Source: Pseudodesulfovibrio piezophilus C1TLV30 (GTDB lineage: Bacteria; Desulfobacterota; Desulfovibrionia; Desulfovibrionales; Desulfovibrionaceae). Taken from it: a stretch of 32,000 bases of DNA. The translations under genes and the position numbers were made by a program. The stretch lies in contig NC_020409.1 of the NCBI RefSeq assembly GCF_000341895.1, positions 2,220,001-2,252,000 on the forward strand. The letters run 5' to 3'. Position 1 is the stretch's first letter. Each line of letters starts with the position of its first letter. The notes under the pieces are model-generated. The model was not told the origin of the DNA. It did no database searches and worked only from the letters and a program-made list of their open reading frames with translations. This document shows, piece after piece, positions 25,807 through 32,000 of the stretch.

Positions 25807-26784
25807 ATGATTTTGAGAACAGCTTCTAAGAATGTAGCCCTAGCCTTGGCCTTTTCTTTGGCCTTCCTTCTTTCTGGAACGTATGGAGACGCTGCTCCAT
25901 TAAAAGTTGTCTCCTTCAATATCCAATTTCTTGGTCACTTCAAAAAGAAGGACAACAAAGCTTTAGCCAAGTTGCTTTCTGACTACGACCTTGTGTTCAT
26001 TCAAGAGCTCGTGGCACCGCCTATAGCGGGTAAATATCCCGATGGTACGCCATTCAAAGCCGATAAAGAAGCCAAAGGGTTCTTTGACATCATGGGCATG
26101 CACGGCTTTTCTTTTAAGCTTTCGGAAGAGGACACCGGTACCGGTGATGAAATCCACAAAAACTCATCCGCAACCGAATGGTTTGTGGCCTTCTACAAGC
26201 CTGACAGAGTAATGCCGGCAGAGGATTTGCCTCACGGCTTCCTTGCTACGGACAGGTCAAATCATGACGACTATGAACGCGTCCCCTATGCTTTCCCATT
26301 TAGAGCAGGTGGTAGCGACCTTGTATTCATTTCGGTTCACCTGCAGCCAGGGGGAAGCGCCAAGAAAACTGCTCGACGTGCTCACGAATTCATGTCGATC
26401 TTTAACTGGATAGGAAATCAGACTGGTCAAGAACGGGATTACGTCATTCTTGGGGATATGAATATTGAGGACTGCGACGAGCTCAAATCCATCCTACCGA
26501 AAGGATACGCCTCACTGAACGACGCATGCACACCTACCAACACGAACCCTAACGGCCCAAAGCCATACGATCACGTCATTTACAGTGTGAAAGATAGCGC
26601 CAACGAGATGGCCAACAACCATTTCCAGGTAATTGACTTGGTGGCCGCTATGGAAACGACCTGGAACGAAGAAAATGGGAGCTTCCCTGGAAATCCCTAT
26701 AGGCACAAAGAACTCCGGATGCGGTACTCTGACCACCATCCTATTGCGTTAAATATTGTTATCGAAGGTACGGATGATGATTAA
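25807..26784 (+). CDS. secreted endonuclease/exonuclease/phosphatase (EEP, DNase I-like) family protein
   Basis: Signal peptide 'MILRTASKNVALALAFSLAFLLSGTYGDAAP'. EEP motifs appear in order: 'VVSFNIQFLG', 'VFIQEL', 'FISVHLQP', 'VILGDMNI', 'YSDHHPI'. Confidence 0.8.
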   Translation: MILRTASKNVALALAFSLAFLLSGTYGDAAPLKVVSFNIQFLGHFKKKDNKALAKLLSDYDLVFIQELVAPPIAGKYPDGTPFKADKEAKGFFDIMGMHGFSFKLSEEDTGTGDEIHKNSSATEWFVAFYKPDRVMPAEDLPHGFLATDRSNHDDYERVPYAFPFRAGGSDLVFISVHLQPGGSAKKTARRAHEFMSIFNWIGNQTGQERDYVILGDMNIEDCDELKSILPKGYASLNDACTPTNTNPNGPKPYDHVIYSVKDSANEMANNHFQVIDLVAAMETTWNEENGSFPGNPYRHKELRMRYSDHHPIALNIVIEGTDDD

Positions 26785-26798
26785 AAAAATTGCCCACG

Positions 26799-28586
26799 CT
26801 AGAGGGTCACACCTACTTTTCTCAGTGCATTCCTCACGGAGGCTTCTTCAGGGGTGCTTTGATCTTTGGCCTTAGAGTGATTGAAAAAATCAGACTCTCC
26901 AGGGCAAAGATCTTTAACTTTTTTAAAGACCCCTTTTGCGTAACGAATTTCATCACGTAACTGCCTTAACCAAGACTCAAGATTGTTCTGATCATATAAG
27001 GTAAAAACGAGTCCGGTCAGTGACTCTTCTTCAATGGTGGATTCACCAGCATTCCCCATTACGACAGCATGTCTCCTCTGAATCTCGACAATATAAATAG
27101 GGACATTTTGCACAACTATTCTGACAACCAACAATCCCCGAGGGCAAGTTTTCTTCTTTGCATCAAGAAACACCCAGCTCCTGACGGCGGCCTCTACTTC
27201 ATCGTCATCCCTAAACGGCTTAATAGCTATCAGGGCAATATCTTCGTCAGAGCTGAAACCATCTTCTATGGTAAACCACTGCACCGATGACACTTTATCT
27301 GGATAACATTCCTTCAAGTAAAGCAAAGCGTCCCAAACATCTCTCAACTTTCCTTTTGACTCCATGGTAGTGGGGTTGTGTATGGATGCAAATCCAATAT
27401 CGCCACCTGTGCCTTGAGGCTCGTCCGTTGAGAACTCTGTTGAGGTGATATCGTCGTACCAATCCTGGACATCGCTTTCCTTGGCTTCTTCGACCTCTTC
27501 AATAATTACTCTCCCAGGGTTGCCAATCTTCATCTCATGGTTTTGTATTTCGGCAATTGACCCTCCTTGGTTCGGCTCGGAATCATCTGTTATATGCGCT
27601 TCATCAGGGGGAGTCATGATTTCAAGCTTAACTCGTCCCTTTCCTCCGGTATCATCATCTACTGGCTCTTGCTGAAGTTCCCCATATTTATTCATTAACA
27701 ACGACACTATCGGTTTACCTAACGGAAGGTCATAGCCCATTATTTGAAGACCGAGAAAGGCGTTACCATTATCGCAAGATATTCCCCTTAAAATTAGCTT
27801 GGTTTTACCAACAAACCAAGGATCAACCTCTATAAAGATTGGCTCTGGTTTTTTTGCATCTTTGTCATAGCCAGACTCAATCTGAGAATAGATTTTTTTG
27901 GAGGCACTTTTGGTCCGTTGATCATAAAATAAGTGTGCAAGGAATGCGTTGTCACTTTTTCGAAACTTCTTACGTCTTGCGATTTTCCACACATTTTCAT
28001 CAGTGGGCTGCTTTAGGTCTCTGAAGAACCTTCTTTTGCATTCTTCTCTTCCATATGTTGCTATGACTCGTTTTACCTCTTCGCTTGCACCATACATTCT
28101 TGAAAAAAACTCTAAGCTTGGAATAGAGATCAACTCTCCCGTAATTGCCTTGAATTGCAAGTTTATGTTTTTGTCACCTTCAAAATGCAAAGGATATTTA
28201 CCCTGATCAAATGGGCGGTACCAATAGTCCAGTCCATCCACCATATCAAAAGAAGTGTGCCAAAAGTTATTTGTAAAGTTTACTTCGAATGTTCTCTCTT
28301 CAAAACGTGCAATTTTACGACATCGCCCATGACGCCAGACTGATCCCAAGCGGAGACTTCCAAGGCTGGTTAACAGGACTCTACGGTAGAGTACTCCCTC
28401 GCTTACCTGGTTGCCGACTATTTCTTTGAAAGCAACCCACACATAAGGCTGACTTTTTGCCCTACTACTTTTATTGATCCCAGAATACCACCAAACGATC
28501 CAATCACGATCATTCCCGAATAACGATTTCTTCAAAACAACACTGCTTTGTATCCGGTCAAACTCATAGTTGAAATCGAAAGGCAT
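26799..28586 (-). CDS. large hypothetical protein at the distal transposon end; possible TnsE-like target selector
   Basis: 595 aa with RBS AGGAGG upstream. It reads inward from the distal end. The central linker is acidic. Several colinear short motifs resemble my recollection of Tn7 TnsE ('IPSLEFFSRMY', 'FIEVDPWFVGKTKLILRGIS', 'STDEPQGTGG', 'IYIVEIQRR'). Coding status is firm. The functional call is tentative. Confidence 0.45.
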   Translation of the reverse strand: MPFDFNYEFDRIQSSVVLKKSLFGNDRDWIVWWYSGINKSSRAKSQPYVWVAFKEIVGNQVSEGVLYRRVLLTSLGSLRLGSVWRHGRCRKIARFEERTFEVNFTNNFWHTSFDMVDGLDYWYRPFDQGKYPLHFEGDKNINLQFKAITGELISIPSLEFFSRMYGASEEVKRVIATYGREECKRRFFRDLKQPTDENVWKIARRKKFRKSDNAFLAHLFYDQRTKSASKKIYSQIESGYDKDAKKPEPIFIEVDPWFVGKTKLILRGISCDNGNAFLGLQIMGYDLPLGKPIVSLLMNKYGELQQEPVDDDTGGKGRVKLEIMTPPDEAHITDDSEPNQGGSIAEIQNHEMKIGNPGRVIIEEVEEAKESDVQDWYDDITSTEFSTDEPQGTGGDIGFASIHNPTTMESKGKLRDVWDALLYLKECYPDKVSSVQWFTIEDGFSSDEDIALIAIKPFRDDDEVEAAVRSWVFLDAKKKTCPRGLLVVRIVVQNVPIYIVEIQRRHAVVMGNAGESTIEEESLTGLVFTLYDQNNLESWLRQLRDEIRYAKGVFKKVKDLCPGESDFFNHSKAKDQSTPEEASVRNALRKVGVTL

Positions 28587-28605
28587 TAGATCCTCCTAAT
28601 GAAAA

Positions 28606-28630
28606 ATGCCACATTCAAAACATGTGGCAT
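28606..28630 (-). terminator. hairpin between the transposon tip and the 595-aa gene (possible read-through terminator or operator)
   Basis: 9-bp inverted repeat ATGCCACAT / ATGTGGCAT with a 7-nt loop. On the minus strand it is followed by TTTTTCATT and then the AGGAGG RBS of the 595-aa gene. Confidence 0.35.
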
Positions 28631-28635
28631 CATCT

Positions 28636-28703
28636 GTTGTCCTTATTTGGAAAGACATGTCGCAGCTAATTTCAAAATGTCGCAACAATTTCAAAAAATC
28701 ACA
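28636..28703. repeat. distal transposon end with contiguous TnsB-type repeats
   Basis: 'ATGTCGCAGCTAATTTCAAA' (28656-28675) and 'ATGTCGCAACAATTTCAAAA' (28676-28695) are head-to-tail 20-bp repeats. A degenerate third copy, 'TGTTGTCCTTATTTGGAAAG', lies at 28636-28655. The terminus ends ...AATCACA at 28703. Confidence 0.65.
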
Positions 28704-28708
28704 CCCCC
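28704..28708. repeat. target-site duplication copy 2 (CCCCC)
   Basis: CCCCC lies directly outside the ACA terminus and matches 4826-4830. Confidence 0.8.
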
Positions 28709-29567
28709 CACCGATGAGACCGACATCCGATATGGTATGATGCGGTGTTCGGAAAGGGCGGGTGACCATCAATGCCTGTTGCTTGGGTAACAGGCCGGCC
28801 ACGGAATAAATTTTGGTCACCTCCAGCGCTTCATCAAAATGAAGGGGAGGCAAAATGGTAGGAATTCGCTTGGCAAGCATGGTCTTACCGGAACCGGGAG
28901 GTCCGATGAACAACAGGTTATGCCCGCCAGCGGCTGCAATCTCGATGGCGCGCTTGGCATGTTCCTGCCCTTTGACTTCGGCGAAATCGGAAAGAAAATC
29001 CTGCCGCTCGTTCCACAGAGTATCAATATCCACGGTTGCAGGCTCCGGGACATTTTCCCCCAACAGAAGAGAAACGACTTCGGACAATGTCTGTGCGCCA
29101 AAAACCTCCAGATCAGTGACCACGGCTCCTTCCCTGCCGTTACCTGCCGGGACGATGATCCCACGTCCGCCTTCCTCTCGGGCAGCCAGAGCCAAAGGCA
29201 ACACGCCGGGCACCGGTTTCAGTTCACCGGAAAGGGACAGCTCTCCCGCGAGGAACCATCCCTGCACGGCTTCCCTGCCGATGATTCCCATGCCGCACAA
29301 GATACCGATGGCCAAGGGTAAATCATATGCCGACCCTTCCTTGCGGACATCGGCAGGAGCGAGATTCACCGTAATACGAGCCGGAGGCACCTTGAATCCG
29401 CAGTTTTTCAGAGCAGAAAAAACACGCTCCTTGGACTCTTTGACTGCGCCCTCGGCAAGACCGACCATGGTAAAACATGGCATGCCGGAACGGGAAAAGT
29501 CGACTTCGAGCTGAACCTTGAAAGCATCAATGCCCATCAGGGCAGCGCAGGATATGGTGGAGATCAT
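28704..29567 (-). pseudogene. comM: 5' fragment of comM/yifB (288 codons) truncated by the transposon
   Basis: ATG at 29567-29565. '[25 protein letters not shown]...' is the Lon-like N-domain. Walker A is 'GPPGSGKTM'. After '...[19 protein letters not shown]' the frame runs into the transposon end. This adds 35 unrelated residues before the stop at 28596-28598. The upstream part of the 443-aa track ORF (29568..29927) is non-coding read-through. Confidence 0.9.
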
Positions 29568-29772
29568 GTTGAATCCATTGTGAATATTGATAATTGTATT
29601 TTCAAATATCGATGATATGTAGCCGACTCCGGGATATCCTGCAAATATCCGTTTTCTTGCTTTCATAAAAGAGTCTCTCAAGCATGGTCCAGATTTCCTG
29701 CCCGGTGCATCCAAGCGCGGAAGATGCATCCCGAGGCTGGATTCCCCATCCATTACCTGATAGACAAGACCC

Positions 29773-30369
29773 ATGCGATACCAATTTCGAATCCCCACTT
29801 CGGCAGCACTGCTCCTGACCTTCCTGCTCCTCCTGACACTGGTGGCCTGCGCCGGAAAAGAGGACGCCCCCATTGACGGCGGCGACACCCCAGCCGGGGA
29901 GACCTCGGACACGGAAACCCAGGCCACAAGCCAGGACCAATCCTCCCAGGCGGATCAGGAAGATGATGACGCGTTCGATGTTCAAGCCATCAATCTCGAT
30001 CCCCTCGGCGATATTCGCCTTGTCGATGGAACAGTCCTTGAGTTGACCCAATTGGAACCCATTGGGAAATATTACGTCTATCTTTCCGGCAAACTCAATG
30101 ACCGCTCCTCCACAGTCATCAGCCTCACACGAATAAAAGACCTGCGCCGATGGAAATCCATCACCTTCCCAGAACCACGCACCGTTGTGATTACGACACG
30201 GGACGAAAAAGAACTGAAATTTACGAGTGCCGCCCTCTACTTTGGCAATGACAGCTACGACACCTACACTTTTCGCGTCACCCCACCCGGCTCCTACCAG
30301 TCAGAGATCACTGAGGTGAAGAAAAAAGATGTCATCGCCATCAACTTCAACCCGCTGAAAAATCAGTGA
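29773..30369 (+). CDS. lipoprotein, function unknown
   Basis: 198 aa. Signal peptide with lipobox 'LLLLTLVAC' followed by an acidic S/T/D/Q-rich linker. It is divergent from the comM start. Confidence 0.65.
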   Translation: MRYQFRIPTSAALLLTFLLLLTLVACAGKEDAPIDGGDTPAGETSDTETQATSQDQSSQADQEDDDAFDVQAINLDPLGDIRLVDGTVLELTQLEPIGKYYVYLSGKLNDRSSTVISLTRIKDLRRWKSITFPEPRTVVITTRDEKELKFTSAALYFGNDSYDTYTFRVTPPGSYQSEITEVKKKDVIAINFNPLKNQ

Positions 30370-30371
30370 CC

Positions 30372-30782
30372 ATGAGGATGCTTCGCGCTTCTTTCTCTCT
30401 GATATCGATTGCAGTCCTTCTTGCCTGCATGGCCGGATGCGGCGCGGTCATCGCAGGCAGTGCCGCTGCTCTGGGCACATATGTGTATATTGATGGGCAA
30501 ACCCAAGGGAACTATGAAACCGATCTGCCCACAGCCTTCGCCGCGTCGCTGAACGCCTGTGCCGACCTGTCCATTCCCGTCACACGGGAAACCAGGGAAA
30601 CGACCTCCGGCACCATCGAGGGAGTTCTCTCTGGTGATCGCGTCCACATATCCCTCGACCTCAAAGCAGAGAACGTGATCAGAATCACTGTCCGGGTCGG
30701 CCTTGTGGGTAACGAAAATGCTTCGCGCCGAATCCACAGCGCCATTGCCATGCATCTTCCAACACCACGCCCAGGAAACTGA
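30372..30782 (+). CDS. small lipoprotein (DUF3568-like)
   Basis: ATG 2 nt after the upstream stop. 'MRMLRASFSLISIAVLLACMAGC' is a lipobox signal peptide. The body 'GAVIAGSAAALGTYVYIDGQ...' resembles DUF3568-type lipoproteins, judged from memory. Confidence 0.6.
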   Translation: MRMLRASFSLISIAVLLACMAGCGAVIAGSAAALGTYVYIDGQTQGNYETDLPTAFAASLNACADLSIPVTRETRETTSGTIEGVLSGDRVHISLDLKAENVIRITVRVGLVGNENASRRIHSAIAMHLPTPRPGN

Positions 30783-31112
30783 GAGCACGCGGTCAGCACG
30801 ACTCTCCTTGACCTTCGGACAATTTCAAGATAAAAATCGGTAAGTTTCTTTTGACATATTGCCCTTGCAAAACAAGGGTGACGATTGGTGACGATATGAA
30901 CAAGGAGGACGGCATGATTCGGCTCGCCTTTGGTTCCATTCCCACCCGGATCAGTCTCAGATTGGGCACACGGAAACACTCCGCTCTCGCTATGGCCCCT
31001 CGCCTGAAGCAGGCGACCTGCATCTGGGACTCCGGACGCACGCCATGGCCCAGAGACGTTCAACTGGCCACACGAAAAAAAATTCATACAACCCCACGAG
31101 CGAGCACACGCC

Positions 31113-32000
31113 ATGCAAGACACCTATACTCATAAGGACCTGGCCCGCCTCTGCCTGGTTTCCGAAACCACCATCAAAAGCTACCGACGCAAATTTCCCG
31201 GCTTTATTCCTGTCCTGACCCGTGGCAAACCCATCCGGTTCAAGAAGGAAGCAGGAGATGTCTGCCTCGCCATCCGCGACTGTTTTGAAAAAGGCATGTC
31301 CGTGCGCGAAACACGAAAAACCCTGAAAGAGAACTTTGCAGAACACCCAACGGCTCCGCAAAAATCCGCACAACGAACGCCATCCGCTCCGCACAGTGTT
31401 GTTTCAGAGGAATACCTGGAAAAATTTTTCGCGACCGCAGGGCAAATGATGCAGGGAATGGCCTCGCTGGCCACTGCCCAGGCCAAGGCTGGACAACGCT
31501 TACAAAAGCTGGAGGACGCCGTTGCCCGACTGGTCGAAATCGAGACTCGAAACACGGAGATGTTCTCCGAACTTCTGTCTGCCAATTCCCAGCAACCTCG
31601 ACCGCAATCTGCCACAGCACAAACGCCCGAACCAAAGCCCACAGAACAGAAAATGCGTGCTCGCAAGATTGTCAACGTCACGGATCGGGAAGGCGAAGTG
31701 AAGTCCTATGCTATTGAAAAGGACACCACTGAAATGCCTGCGAACATGGAGCGCCCATCCGACGCCTTTCTGGAGACTCCCATTGTTATCATGAATGATC
31801 AGGGTGAGTTCCTTGGAGTTCCGGGACGACTGTCTCTCGCAGGATTCCTGGAGATTCTTCTCCATGAGGCCGAAGAGGCGGGAGATTCTCAGGCCTTCTG
31901 GAAACGGGAAAATGAAACCTGGATTTTCACCATGGTCGCCCCTGATGGAGACACGCATGCGCTCTACTTCATGTCCACCACGACTCCTCGTGGCAACCTT
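31113..32000 (+). CDS. MerR-type HTH protein, 3'-partial (runs off the window)
   Basis: I translated this frame by hand and found no stop from the ATG at 31113 to 32000 (296 codons). An in-frame TGA lies at 31005-31007. The N-terminus 'YTHKDLARLCLVSETTIKSYRRKFPGFIPVLTRGKPIRFKKEAGDVCLAIRDCFEKGMSVRETRKTL' is MerR-like. It is absent from the ORF track because no stop codon falls in the window. Confidence 0.55.
   Translation, partial: MQDTYTHKDLARLCLVSETTIKSYRRKFPGFIPVLTRGKPIRFKKEAGDVCLAIRDCFEKGMSVRETRKTLKENFAEHPTAPQKSAQRTPSAPHSVVSEEYLEKFFATAGQMMQGMASLATAQAKAGQRLQKLEDAVARLVEIETRNTEMFSELLSANSQQPRPQSATAQTPEPKPTEQKMRARKIVNVTDREGEVKSYAIEKDTTEMPANMERPSDAFLETPIVIMNDQGEFLGVPGRLSLAGFLEILLHEAEEAGDSQAFWKRENETWIFTMVAPDGDTHALYFMSTTTPRGNL

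Larger units (their letters stand above)
4831..28703 (+). mobile_element. Tn7-like transposon (tnsABC + tniQ class) inserted in comM, carrying defence cargo
   Basis: - Termini are 5'-TGT...ACA-3'.
- The terminal 26 bp form an imperfect inverted repeat, with 20 of 26 positions identical by hand alignment (TGTAATATGTTGCAATAGATGCGACA vs the reverse complement TGTGATTTTTTGAAATTGTTGCGACA).
- Both ends carry internal TTGAAAT-N3-4-TGCGACA repeats.
- A 5-bp duplication flanks the element.
- The tnsA/tnsB/tnsC/tniQ operon sits next to one end.
- The interior is visibly more AT-rich than the flanks.
- Excision restores the comM frame. Confidence 0.9.

Noticed and set aside
25134-25919. 261-aa minus-strand ORF, the longest ORF in this stretch
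   Set aside because: It is antisense to the 181-aa plus-strand ORF, which has a strong RBS. It runs straight through the 16-bp perfect hairpin at 25715..25755 and into the start and signal peptide of the EEP gene. Its sequence is R/H/P/V-rich, as shadow frames typically are.
4831-28703. Possibility that this is a CRISPR-associated transposon (CAST), given tnsABC + tniQ
   Set aside because: I recognised no cas genes among the ORFs and saw no CRISPR-like repeat-spacer array anywhere in the element. The insertion into comM with a 5-bp duplication fits protein-guided, TniQ/TnsD-type targeting.
28839-29514. 160-aa and 219-aa plus-strand ORFs and a 115-aa minus alternative frame
   Set aside because: These are shadows of the comM 5' fragment, whose frame carries the Walker A and Lon-like domain motifs.
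29568-30051. Upstream extension of the 443-aa ORF, and a 149-aa minus ORF
   Set aside because: The ComM N-terminus '[16 protein letters not shown]' begins at the ATG at 29567. The upstream residues are non-homologous read-through. They overlap the divergent lipoprotein gene region.
30363-31958. Several minus-strand ORFs (141, 203, 82, 134, 166, 131, 152 aa) and a 94-aa plus ORF at 30851..31135
   Set aside because: They are antisense or alternative frames of the DUF3568-like lipoprotein and the MerR-like gene. All are R/G/S/C-rich with no motifs. The 94-aa ORF lies in the intergenic leader and lacks an RBS.

Overview
This window is a chromosomal segment in which the competence-associated AAA+ gene comM/yifB (minus strand) is split by a 23,873-bp Tn7-like transposon at 4831..28703. 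By eye the flanks are GC-richer and the transposon is AT-richer.

Flanking genes:
- Left: a PAS-PP2C phosphatase, a broken small wHTH gene, a LysE-family exporter and a periplasmic solute-binding protein.
- Right: two lipoproteins and a MerR-like HTH gene that runs off the window.

Evidence for the transposon:
- It has TGT...ACA termini and 26-bp imperfect terminal inverted repeats.
- Both ends carry several TGCGACA-containing TnsB-type repeats.
- A 5-bp CCCCC target-site duplication flanks it.
- Removing the element plus one duplication copy rejoins the two comM fragments in frame (288 + 224 codons).

Contents of the element, in order:
1. A translationally coupled tnsA-tnsB-tnsC-tniQ operon with a fifth gene encoding a multi-CxxC zinc-ribbon protein.
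2. A SIR2-HerA anti-phage pair with a tightly linked KTSC-domain gene.
3. A WYL-domain regulator divergent from a Wadjet-like operon. The operon encodes a 448-aa and a 260-aa protein, a very large (about 1689 aa) SMC-like ATPase and a JetD-like Toprim protein, followed by two extra coupled small ORFs.
4. An orphan 181-aa gene with a strong hairpin terminator.
5. A signal-peptide-bearing EEP (DNase I-like) nuclease.
6. A 595-aa protein at the distal end reading inward, which looks TnsE-like to me.

I saw no rRNA, tRNA, CRISPR array or cas genes. The most interesting candidate for an undescribed system is the WYL-regulated, enlarged Wadjet-like operon with its extra genes (15044..25019). All homology statements come from motif recognition by eye and need profile or structure searches.
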